DNA of 54,851 bases, taken from positions 1-54,851 of the forward strand of contig SKWC01000131.1 in assembly GCA_007129145.1 (NCBI GenBank), in the 5' to 3' direction. The position numbers and the translations under genes are program-made. The notes under the pieces were generated by a model. That model saw only the letters and a list, made by a program, of their open reading frames with translations. It searched no databases and was not told the DNA's origin. Positions 47,300 to 54,841 of this stretch are shown in pieces; the first letter of the stretch is position 1; every line of letters starts with the position of its first letter. The stretch comes from Rubritepida sp. Its GTDB lineage: Bacteria > Pseudomonadota > Alphaproteobacteria > Acetobacterales > Acetobacteraceae.

Positions 47300-48011
47300 G
47301 CTTCACTCCCTCTTCGCGCCGAGCAGCGGCGCCAGCCTCGCCCTTCGCACGGATGCCAGCCTCTTCATCCTCATCCTCAGCCGTTGGACCGTACAAAGCT
47401 CCCATTGGAGCATCTGCCCCCGGAACAGCGCCCTCGAGTGACCGAGCTGAAGCGCCAGACCGCGCTTGAGCGCCTGGGGGTGGCAGGTCACCTGCCCGCT
47501 TCGGCTGATGGGGACGAGCTTGAACGTCGAGAACTTCCTCACCTAGCTCCAATCTCACCGGGGCGCTGGACTCCACGTTGCCGATGTTGATCGTGATGCC
47601 ACCGAAGCCGCCAGCGCGAGGCTCCACCGGAGTGCCGCGAGCCTCGTTCAGGTACTTCCCCGCAGCGATCATGTCACCCGGGAGCTGATCGACGTACACC
47701 AGGTCACCCTTCGCGGTGGCGACCAGGCGCCGCTCGTTGCGAGCCACCTTCGACATCTGCTCGAAGTGCGTCGCCTCATGCTGAATGCCGTACGCCTTGT
47801 TCACCAGCTCAGCGCGGATCATGGCTCGGAACTGCGGCAGCGAGAGGATGCGAGAGAACACGGCGGGCGGCAAGTTGATGATGTCCGCCCGCTTCGCGAG
47901 CGGGAGCGACTCGTCGAGGCACTCCGGGTGATCCTCGAGCATCTGAACGAAGAACTCGTCCAGGGACCCGAAGTGCTGCTCCACGGCAGCGAGAGCGGTG
48001 CGCTCATTCAT
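47169..48011 (-). CDS. Putative terminase small subunit
   Basis: Start MNERT at 48011; helical N-terminal domain, AAGKYL...GITINIG, disordered tail; upstream of TerL. Confidence 0.45.
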   Translation of the reverse strand: MNERTALAAVEQHFGSLDEFFVQMLEDHPECLDESLPLAKRADIINLPPAVFSRILSLPQFRAMIRAELVNKAYGIQHEATHFEQMSKVARNERRLVATAKGDLVYVDQLPGDMIAAGKYLNEARGTPVEPRAGGFGGITINIGNVESSAPVRLELGEEVLDVQARPHQPKRAGDLPPPGAQARSGASARSLEGAVPGADAPMGALYGPTAEDEDEEAGIRAKGEAGAAARREEGVKHGRPRPTATAHGDSYAQRAARWAGFPARRPQPDAKPGSGGSSD

Positions 48012-48120
48012 GCGACCACCATACGCGATTCGCGCAGAAAGAAGGGCGGAACCCCAACCCACGGAGGTTCCGCCCAGCTCCCGCGCCGATCACCGTCAGG
48101 AGAACAGCGAGGTCAGTGTA

Positions 48121-48537
48121 TCACGACGGGTCACGCTCGGGAGGCTTGTTCGGATCGAACTGCCGCCCCACGTACGTCAGGATGCAGCGGATGTCCGACT
48201 CGTTGATGATGAGGTACTTCGTGCCGTCCAGCTCCAGCTCCACCCCGGCGTAGCGAGCGTAGATGATCTCCCAGCCCGGCTCCACGCGCGGCCTGCGACG
48301 CTTGCCGTTCTCCAGCATCGTTCCGTCGCCAGTGAGGAGCACGAGGCCCTTCTGCGTGAACTCCTGCGCGGACTCGGGGATGACGATGCCCGCGTCGGTC
48401 TGCGTCTCGCGCCGCACGGGCGGCATCACCAGCACGCGCGGGCCGACCAGTTCGATGTTCGGCACGATGATCGGGTACTCGCGCACCTTGTCGATGATGG
48501 GCGGCTCGAACGGCTTGTCTTCCACCTTGATGCTCAC
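48121..48537 (-). CDS. groES: Co-chaperonin GroES (Cpn10)
   Basis: RVLV...TQTDAGIVIPESAQE..QKGLV..G.G...YARYAGVELELDGTKYLIINESDI. Confidence 0.93.
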   Translation of the reverse strand: MSIKVEDKPFEPPIIDKVREYPIIVPNIELVGPRVLVMPPVRRETQTDAGIVIPESAQEFTQKGLVLLTGDGTMLENGKRRRPRVEPGWEIIYARYAGVELELDGTKYLIINESDIRCILTYVGRQFDPNKPPERDPS

Positions 48538-49262
48538 TCTGGTTCACCTTTCATGATGCGCTGGATGCGGTCGAACTGCGTCTCCGAAGAGGCGACGGGC
48601 ATGGCGGGAGGGTCATCGCGGCGGTCTCGAGGCGGCGCGGGCGGCTTCTCCTTCACCTCGTGCAGCTCCGCGAGCGCCTCCTCGCGGGCGCGGCGGGCGG
48701 CGGCTTCCTCGCGCAGCTTCGCCCACGTGACGAGCTTCTGCATCTGCTCCTCATTGATCGGGGAGCGCTCGATGGGTTGGTTCTGCTCACGCTGAGGGAT
48801 GGGCACCATGCGGACCTTCGACTGCTCGAAGTCGCGTTGGAACGCGCCGAGGTGCTCATCGACGAGACGAACGCCGGTCTCGATCCTGTCGTACTGCTCA
48901 CCCAGGTCAGTGTTGATGCCGCTGAGCTTCGCGTCGAGTATGGCGTGCAGCGCGTCGGAGCGCTCATTGGCTCGCTCGAACGCGGCACGGTTCGCTTCCT
49001 CTTGCGCGGCCATGCTCGCGGCCATGGTGCGCAGCATTGCGGCGTGCGCTTTCGCCTCGTGCTCGATGATCGCGATGATGCGGGATGGGAACTCCGCGAG
49101 GTGCTTGTCGAACGCGTCGATCTCGGCGGCGAGGTGTACGTGGCTGCTCTCGAGCTTGCCGTAGCGATGGTTGTGGTAGCGGACGTAGAGGATGACGGCG
49201 GCGACGCCGAACACGAGCAGCGCCAGGAACGCGATGATGGTGGTCCAGACCTCACCGCTCAT
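48534..49262 (-). CDS. Membrane-anchored coiled-coil protein
   Basis: Start MSGEVW at 49262; one TM followed by a long helical region. Confidence 0.7.
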   Translation of the reverse strand: MSGEVWTTIIAFLALLVFGVAAVILYVRYHNHRYGKLESSHVHLAAEIDAFDKHLAEFPSRIIAIIEHEAKAHAAMLRTMAASMAAQEEANRAAFERANERSDALHAILDAKLSGINTDLGEQYDRIETGVRLVDEHLGAFQRDFEQSKVRMVPIPQREQNQPIERSPINEEQMQKLVTWAKLREEAAARRAREEALAELHEVKEKPPAPPRDRRDDPPAMPVASSETQFDRIQRIMKGEPE

Positions 49263-49366
49263 GCGAGGCCCGCCACGGCGAACAGGACGCGGACGATGAG
49301 GAAGACCGTGAACGCGGCGAAGAGTACCACGGTCAGAATCTTCCAGAACTCTCGGCTGAACTTCAC
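49259..49366 (-). CDS. 35-aa membrane peptide (not in the ORF track)
   Basis: MKFSREFWKILTVVLFAAFTVFLIVRVLFAVAGLA*; GTGA/ATGA overlaps on both sides. Confidence 0.6.
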   Translation of the reverse strand: MKFSREFWKILTVVLFAAFTVFLIVRVLFAVAGLA

Positions 49367-49611
49367 TCGTTGACCTCCTCGAAGAGCGGCTGCTCTCCCT
49401 CGAGCCGTGTGGGTTCGAGATTACTTGAACCGGCCTGTGCCTGTACGAACTCGAGCGCGGCGCCGAGGCGGTGCAGTGAGGCGTGAGCAGCGTTGGAGCC
49501 GCCACCGCCGAAGATCGAAGCCTTGGAGGCGGAGAGCGCCCCAATCGAGGCGGCGGCGATTCCGAACGACAGGTCCTCGGCGGTCAGCTTCAGGCGCGGA
49601 TCGTCAGGCAT
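49363..49611 (-). CDS. Hypothetical protein
   Basis: Start MPDDPR at 49611. Confidence 0.6.
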   Translation of the reverse strand: MPDDPRLKLTAEDLSFGIAAASIGALSASKASIFGGGGSNAAHASLHRLGAALEFVQAQAGSSNLEPTRLEGEQPLFEEVNE

Positions 49612-50248
49612 CCTCGACTTCCTTCCTGGTGCGGCGACAGATGCGGCACTCGTCCTCAAGGTACCCGTTCTGCGGCGTCGCTTTGACCCACTCGTGGTCC
49701 AGCGGAGCGCACACAGGTGGCCGCGCGATGTGGTCGATGATGCCGCGGCCCTGCTCGAACGCTTCCGGCGCGGCGTACGCGTTGTCCTCATCGATGAAGG
49801 CGTACGGGTACCGAGCGCCGCGCAGCAGCTCTTCACCGAAGAGCGTCCTGATGACCGAGGCATTCGCCCTGCGCCCGGCCCCCCAAAAGAGCGGATTGAA
49901 GCCGAACTCCGTCAGGTTGCGCTCCATCGGATCGGCCCTGCCTATGCGGGGCGGCTCCGGCCCGACGAAGTACCGCGTGGCGATGGGCAGTACCTCATCG
50001 GTGGGCCGGGTCACGCCGCACCTGCGGCAGGTGGAGAGGCCGGTGCAGAAGAGGGCCTCGCCCGCTGGGCGGTACTCCTGCCACGCGTGCCCGAACACCT
50101 CGCAGTCGCTCGTGAAGAGACCCTGGATGTCGTCGAGGTCCACCTGCGTCACCATGCGTCCGCACTTGTCGCAGATGTACGCGTGCTGCTGCGGCTGATG
50201 CACGAACGAGTGCCCGTACAGCGTGCACTGATCCACGTCACTCGGCAT
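49604..50248 (-). CDS. Multi zinc-finger protein
   Basis: Three C-x4-H...CxxC units (C.LYGH..CDKC, C.VFGH..CRRC, C.PLDH..CRIC). Confidence 0.7.
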   Translation of the reverse strand: MPSDVDQCTLYGHSFVHQPQQHAYICDKCGRMVTQVDLDDIQGLFTSDCEVFGHAWQEYRPAGEALFCTGLSTCRRCGVTRPTDEVLPIATRYFVGPEPPRIGRADPMERNLTEFGFNPLFWGAGRRANASVIRTLFGEELLRGARYPYAFIDEDNAYAAPEAFEQGRGIIDHIARPPVCAPLDHEWVKATPQNGYLEDECRICRRTRKEVEDA

Positions 50249-50287
50249 CGGCCTCACCCTCGATGGCTTTGACGGCGCTGGCGTCCA

Positions 50288-50629
50288 TCACTCCACCAGC
50301 CCAAGCTCACGCAACCAGCCGCGCATCTCGAGTTCCGACAGGCGCCGAGTGGCTCTATACTCCCGCCCTTCGACCTCGATGACTAAGCGCTCACCGTCCG
50401 AGTGCAGCGTCACCTTCGGTTCCTCACCGCGCCGCATCGCCGCAGCGATGGACGCACCACCGGGCGTGTGTAGCAGGCTCGCGTACGCCTCACTCAGCGC
50501 TTCCTGTCGGCGAGCGAGAACCTGCTCGGCGGCGCTGGCGGCGTGCTGCGCTTCGGAGACCTCGGCCATCTGCGCGTTGAGGATGCGCATGATCGCGGGA
50601 AGCGTGTCGCCGGAGTAGATGTTCATCAC
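50288..50629 (-). CDS. Hypothetical protein
   Basis: Coupled to the RHH gene. Confidence 0.65.
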   Translation of the reverse strand: MMNIYSGDTLPAIMRILNAQMAEVSEAQHAASAAEQVLARRQEALSEAYASLLHTPGGASIAAAMRRGEEPKVTLHSDGERLVIEVEGREYRATRRLSELEMRGWLRELGLVE

Positions 50630-50868
50630 TTCCGCGCCTTCACCTGCGTGGTCTTCGAGAAGTCTCGAACCGGGCGCGGCTCAGGCTCAACGGGCGACGC
50701 CACGCGGGGCTGAGGCTCCCTCACTTGACGTACCTGATCCTCAGCTTCCTTCTCCCGAGACAACCGCTCCAGCGCGAGCACCTGAAGCGACACGCCTCTC
50801 TTCGCTGCCTCCACGCGCATGTCACGGTGAAGCTCATCAGACACCTGCACCTTCACCCACTTCGCCAT
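50626..50868 (-). CDS. Ribbon-helix-helix DNA-binding protein
   Basis: ATG at 50868 after GGAGG; MAKWVKVQVSDELHRDMRVEAAKRGVSLQVL. Confidence 0.8.
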   Translation of the reverse strand: MAKWVKVQVSDELHRDMRVEAAKRGVSLQVLALERLSREKEAEDQVRQVREPQPRVASPVEPEPRPVRDFSKTTQVKARK

Positions 50869-50880
50869 CACAAACCTCCG

Positions 50881-50970
50881 TGTTCCACCGGAACAACCAG
50901 AACATGTTCCAGGTGTTCCCATAGTACCACAGGAACAGTTCCGGTGGAACCAAGAGAACCAACGGAACAA
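50881..50970 (-). promoter_or_regulatory. Leftward promoter embedded in a GAAC/GTTC repeat array
   Basis: TTCCAC-17 nt-TACTAT with extended TG on the - strand; GTTCCACCGGAAC and its reverse complement flank it. Confidence 0.6.
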
Positions 50971-51217
50971 ACCCCCCTACCCAAAGACATTGGGCGAGCA
51001 CGCCCCCCTACCTAAAAACCTTGAGCGAGGGGTTTCGGGAGATAGAAGCGGCTGCGCGCGCGTGTGGGCGCGTGCCCCCCCCCTGGGTTCGTGTGGGGGT
51101 GGGTCGGTTCGGGTCGGTACCTGCCGGGTGAACGTACCGCACCGGACGGTGCCGCCGGGTGCTACGATGGGTGCCGGTGTCACTGGCCTCGAGCCGGTGC
51201 GCCGCAGGGAGCACAGC

Positions 51218-51625
51218 ATGACGAAGCCGCTAGCACGCCGTCCGAAGCCCCGCATCGTGACCCCGACCGGCTCACCCGTGCCGCAGGCCACCGGCACCCG
51301 GGCCGTCCGACCGTCGGCACGACAGTCGCAACGCTTCGAGGCGCACGGTCCGCTCACGTGGGACGCTCCGACGGCCACGCCGCACGAGCGGTCGGACGGG
51401 ACACGGGTGTGGCAAGTGGAGACCGCGCCCCACCGTCCGGACGCTGGCGGCGCACCGGGCCGCGGTGCGCGTCGTGCGACGCGGCGCAACCGTGATGTCG
51501 ACCATGTGAACGAAGCGGTCGCGCCCGGTTGGTCACGTGCCGACCGTCGGGCATGGGCCGCGGCGCAACGTGAGCGTCGTGAGACGGCCCGCGCGACCCG
51601 GCGTAGGGTACGCGTCACGGGCTAG
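51218..51625 (+). CDS. Arg-rich basic hypothetical protein
   Basis: ATG at 51218 after AGGGAG; TG-C-TACGAT at 51160-51168. Confidence 0.55.
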   Translation: MTKPLARRPKPRIVTPTGSPVPQATGTRAVRPSARQSQRFEAHGPLTWDAPTATPHERSDGTRVWQVETAPHRPDAGGAPGRGARRATRRNRDVDHVNEAVAPGWSRADRRAWAAAQRERRETARATRRRVRVTG

Positions 51626-51739
51626 CGTCCGGACGTCCCCACGGCCCACACACGGCCCGCGTGCACCATGCGCGGGCCGTTCCCATGCCGTGGGGGACGC
51701 ATCATCGCGCGACGGCGCAACGGGTGCACGCGGTACCAC

Positions 51740-51769
51740 TTGACAACACCCCCGGTGGTGTGCAACACT
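51740..51769 (+). promoter_or_regulatory. Sigma70-type promoter of the putative ncRNA
   Basis: TTGACA-18 nt-AACACT with extended TG. Confidence 0.6.
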
Positions 51770-51774
51770 TACCT

Positions 51775-52435
51775 CACAACGCACCACGGGCTCCGCGACC
51801 GGAGCACCCGTAGGACCGCCACCATAGGACCGACGTGCACATAAGTGCTACGTGCTGTAAGCGCTCACGTTCGCGTGAGACACCATGGGCTATGTCCTGG
51901 TATCGCACGAAGGCGTCACCCGTGCAATGGTCCTACGGTGTGGTCCTACTCGTGTGTGTGTTGTGTACAGCCTAACCTCACGTTCGACCAGTGCCGCGCG
52001 TGTCTCGGCACGGGTGCACGCCTAGTGTGCCCAGTGGCATTCGGTCGACGATAGCGCGGAGTGTGAGCCGCGCCGATAGTCACCTATTGGGTCGGTGACC
52101 GTCATGCGTAAGCGTGGCGACAATGGATCGCGAGTCCGTCTGCCCAGGCGCCGAGTGTGGGCAAGCGCGGCTAGACCCTAGCATGGGTCGAACGATGGTC
52201 CTTGAATGTTGGCATCCAGCCGGGGCGACAGTTGAACCCATGGCGGGCAACGCGAGTGTGCTCCTCGCGTGATGTGGCCGATTCTCGTTCGGGGTTACAC
52301 ATCAGCACGCCCAAAGGTCAACCGGACCGGTGATGTTCCAACGGTCGCGATGCGGGATACTCGCGGCCACCCTACGTACTACTTCCACAGGCTCAGGCCC
52401 ACGTCACGTGTCAAGCGCGGCGTGGGCCTTCTCTT
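51775..52435 (+). ncRNA. Putative large structured non-coding RNA
   Basis: No credible ORF; nested long-range stems, more than ten hairpins, UUCG and GNRA loops, G.U pairs favouring the + strand; flanked by a promoter and a terminator-like hairpin. Confidence 0.7.
52395..52435 (+). terminator. Intrinsic terminator-like hairpin
   Basis: AGGCCCACGTC...GGCGTGGGCCT followed by TCTCTT. Confidence 0.55.
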
Positions 52436-52475
52436 CCACTCGCTCGCTGATGAGCGGTGGGGAAACGGAGCCACC

Positions 52476-53165
52476 ATGAACACTGCGGCAATCGTTGCAG
52501 GCCTCATTCACGCGTTCGTCAAGAGCGCGGAGGCGATCGGTGCTCAACGCATCGCGTTGGGCGACACGGTGCTCACCCTGTGGAAGCACTTGAGCAAGGC
52601 TGAAACCGCTGAGCGCTTGCGCGACGCGATCCCCGATGAGCGTGCTCGCATGCTCTTGGGTCGCGTCATCACGCCGGGGCTGCTGAACGACTTGGCAATC
52701 GCGGCGTCGACGTTCCGTGAGAACGAGGGTTTGGCACATGGCAATCACATCCTGACGCGCGATGACGTTGCGCGACTCGACGTGAAGCCCGCTGAACTCG
52801 CTGAGATCGCGAGCGCTGCCGCTTCGGGCAAGGTGCGCGTCAAGGACGTGCACGCTGCCACGAAGGGCGGCAAGGGCGGCGAGAAGGCTCTTGCTCGTAT
52901 CCGTCAGACCTTGGCCGCGTCGGATGAACCGGCGCTCACCCCTATCCAGGCCAAGGAGCGTGAACTCGAGCAGCTCGACAAGCGCATCGCCGACCTTCAG
53001 GCCAAGCGCAAGAAGGTCATCGACGACCTCGCGAAGATGCGCGAGGAGCGCGAGGCACAAGCGGAGGTCGACGCCGCCGTCGCCGTCGTGCAAGCGGAGC
53101 GCGTCGAGAAGCCGGTGCGCAAGAACACCACGCGCAAGCCGAGTGAGGCGCGGCTCAGCGCGTAA
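52476..53165 (+). CDS. Early protein with C-terminal coiled coil
   Basis: ATG at 52476 after GGAG; the ORF-track upstream extension is unlikely. Confidence 0.75.
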   Translation: MNTAAIVAGLIHAFVKSAEAIGAQRIALGDTVLTLWKHLSKAETAERLRDAIPDERARMLLGRVITPGLLNDLAIAASTFRENEGLAHGNHILTRDDVARLDVKPAELAEIASAAASGKVRVKDVHAATKGGKGGEKALARIRQTLAASDEPALTPIQAKERELEQLDKRIADLQAKRKKVIDDLAKMREEREAQAEVDAAVAVVQAERVEKPVRKNTTRKPSEARLSA

Positions 53166-53225
53166 GGGATCGGCAATCGGGGCGTCCTGGTTCGAGAGTT
53201 CTCGAACCGGGGCGCCTCACCGCTC

Positions 53226-53456
53226 GTGAAGGGGGACGCCTTGCACATCAAGCGCATCATCCGTCAGCACCGTCGTGACTTCACGGCCATCTACGAGTGC
53301 GAGCACTGCGGCACGCAAGAGGAGGCGTCCGGGTACGACGACACGTACTTCCACCAGCACGTCATCCCCAACATGAAGTGCAAGCGGTGCACGCTCACAG
53401 CGGGTGAGGATTACCGTGCGCTGGCGACCAAGTACCCCGACGATCAGACCGTCTGA
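53226..53456 (+). CDS. Small zinc-ribbon protein
   Basis: RRDFTAIYECEHCG...GYDD..FH..VIP.MKCKRC. Confidence 0.75.
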   Translation: MKGDALHIKRIIRQHRRDFTAIYECEHCGTQEEASGYDDTYFHQHVIPNMKCKRCTLTAGEDYRALATKYPDDQTV

Positions 53457-53465
53457 GGAGGCGAC

Positions 53466-53666
53466 ATGGGCAAGGGTGCACCGGAGCGCATCCACACCGC
53501 CGCATTCCACCCGCTCGGCTTGGCATGGGAAGCGGGCAACGCCGCCTACCGGCGTGGCATCATTCCAGCCGCCAACCCGTACAACGACAGGCTCGAGCGA
53601 CACGAGTACGAGGCGTGGCTCGCCGGGTTCTGGTTCGCTCATCAACGCGCCGTCACCGGCAAGTAG
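53466..53666 (+). CDS. Small hypothetical protein
   Basis: AWEAG..AY..G...NPY...EAWLAGF motif (Rmf-like repeat pattern). Confidence 0.7.
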   Translation: MGKGAPERIHTAAFHPLGLAWEAGNAAYRRGIIPAANPYNDRLERHEYEAWLAGFWFAHQRAVTGK

Positions 53667-53675
53667 GAGGCAAGC

Positions 53676-53882
53676 ATGGCCAACCGCAACGACCACGTGA
53701 TGACCAACGACGGGCTGCGCCGCATGAGCCTGACGACCGTGCGGGTCATGCCGCAGCGCCGCATCAGGCGCACGTTCACGGCGCCGCAGCCCACGCCCAT
53801 CGCCACGCCCACCGTGACGAGCAAGCCGGGCGTGCTCAGCGCCATCGCCTCGGCGTTCCGCAGGTGGTTCGGCATGCGCTGA
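53676..53882 (+). CDS. Small hypothetical protein
   Basis: GGAGG RBS. Confidence 0.6.
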   Translation: MANRNDHVMTNDGLRRMSLTTVRVMPQRRIRRTFTAPQPTPIATPTVTSKPGVLSAIASAFRRWFGMR

Positions 53883-53992
53883 GCCACCAGCACGACAATC
53901 AGGGACCGGCAATCGCAGCGTGCCGGTCCCGCTATCTTGCGTCCCCAATCCACCTATCCGGGGGCGAGCATCATTCACGAAGGAGGCACGAC

Positions 53993-54226
53993 ATGGCACG
54001 CAGCACCACGCAAGCACCAGCAGTTCACCTCGGTGACCCTCGCAACCCGATCATCGTGCGGCACGAAGGTGACCGCACCATCATCGAGTTCGACCACACC
54101 TTCCGGGCGCCCGAGACCACCGGCAAGGGCAATCGCCGCATCGCCAGCAGCCTCGGCAACAAGGAGGTCATCACGCCCGACGGTGCCTCGTTCATCATCG
54201 GTCTCAACGCCTACGCTCAGGGCTGA
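53993..54226 (+). CDS. Small hypothetical protein
   Basis: AAGGAGG RBS; TTGKGNRRIASSLGN...IGLNAY. Confidence 0.7.
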   Translation: MARSTTQAPAVHLGDPRNPIIVRHEGDRTIIEFDHTFRAPETTGKGNRRIASSLGNKEVITPDGASFIIGLNAYAQG

Positions 54227-54232
54227 GGCACT

Positions 54233-54261
54233 GTTACAGACCCCCCTGTTTTAGGTAGAAT
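54233..54261 (+). promoter_or_regulatory. Putative promoter
   Basis: GTTACA-17 nt-TAGAAT. Confidence 0.5.
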
Positions 54262-54271
54262 CGAGGCAAGC

Positions 54272-54508
54272 ATGGCCGATAAACCAACCGATCTGACACC
54301 GGAGGACCTGGAGGCTCACCGTGCCCGCGTGGAGCGCCAGGACAGGTACCTCGCACAGCCTGACAGGTGCCCTTACTGCGGGTCGTCAGACCTCACGGGC
54401 GGCAGCCTCACCGTGGACAACGGCTCGTGCTCGCAGCGCATCTGGTGCTCCGACTGCGACCACTCCTGGTACGACTGCTACGCCCTCGTCGGGTTCACGG
54501 AGGTGTGA
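54272..54508 (+). CDS. Small zinc-ribbon protein
   Basis: CPYCGS...CSDC. Confidence 0.75.
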   Translation: MADKPTDLTPEDLEAHRARVERQDRYLAQPDRCPYCGSSDLTGGSLTVDNGSCSQRIWCSDCDHSWYDCYALVGFTEV

Positions 54509-54510
54509 CC

Positions 54511-54693
54511 ATGCCCACGTACTCAGTCAAGGAGACCTGGGTTCGCTGCCATGAGGTCGAGGCCGACAACGAAGAGGACGCCGTCGACATCATTGTCGCC
54601 GAACTCGAGACCGAAGCCGATAGCATCGAGTTCGCCGACAACGCACGTGCACTCGGCTTCGATGAAGAGCGCCTGACCGCAGAGGAGGTGTGA
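54511..54693 (+). CDS. Small acidic hypothetical protein
   Basis: MPTYSV...EVEADNEEDA; GGAGG RBS. Confidence 0.7.
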   Translation: MPTYSVKETWVRCHEVEADNEEDAVDIIVAELETEADSIEFADNARALGFDEERLTAEEV

Positions 54694-54694
54694 C

Positions 54695-54841
54695 GTGACC
54701 GTCTTCTGGTGGGCGTGCATCATCCTGCTGACCGTTGCCATCCTCGACCCGCACGAGGGCAGAGGAAAGGCGTTCGCCATCATCGGCGTGCTGTTCGGCT
54801 TCATCTCACTGATGGCCAACGTCCTACGAATCGGAGTGTGA
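54695..54841 (+). CDS. 48-aa two-TM membrane peptide
   Basis: GTG after GAGGAGG; MTVFWWACIILL...GVLFGFISLMANVLRIGV*. Confidence 0.6.
   Translation: MTVFWWACIILLTVAILDPHEGRGKAFAIIGVLFGFISLMANVLRIGV

Noticed and set aside
52447-52466. CTGATGAG...GAAAC resembling a hammerhead ribozyme core
   Set aside because: The intervening GCGGTGGG cannot form stem II, and the segment is better explained by the hairpin CCACTCGCTC/GAGCGGTGG.
52269-52475. N-terminal extension of the 298-aa ORF, and ORF 51845-52054
   Set aside because: No RBS, atypical codons, overlap with the structured RNA and terminator; a better start exists at 52476.
1026-53206. Recurring palindrome read as a CRISPR repeat, LexA box or restriction site
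   Set aside because: Copies are kilobases apart with no spacer array; the sequence does not match GAAC-N4-GTTC or CTGT-N8-ACAG; restriction sites would be depleted rather than enriched.
53181-53216. GGTTCGAG resembling a tRNA T-loop
   Set aside because: No cloverleaf; it is one arm of the recurring palindrome.
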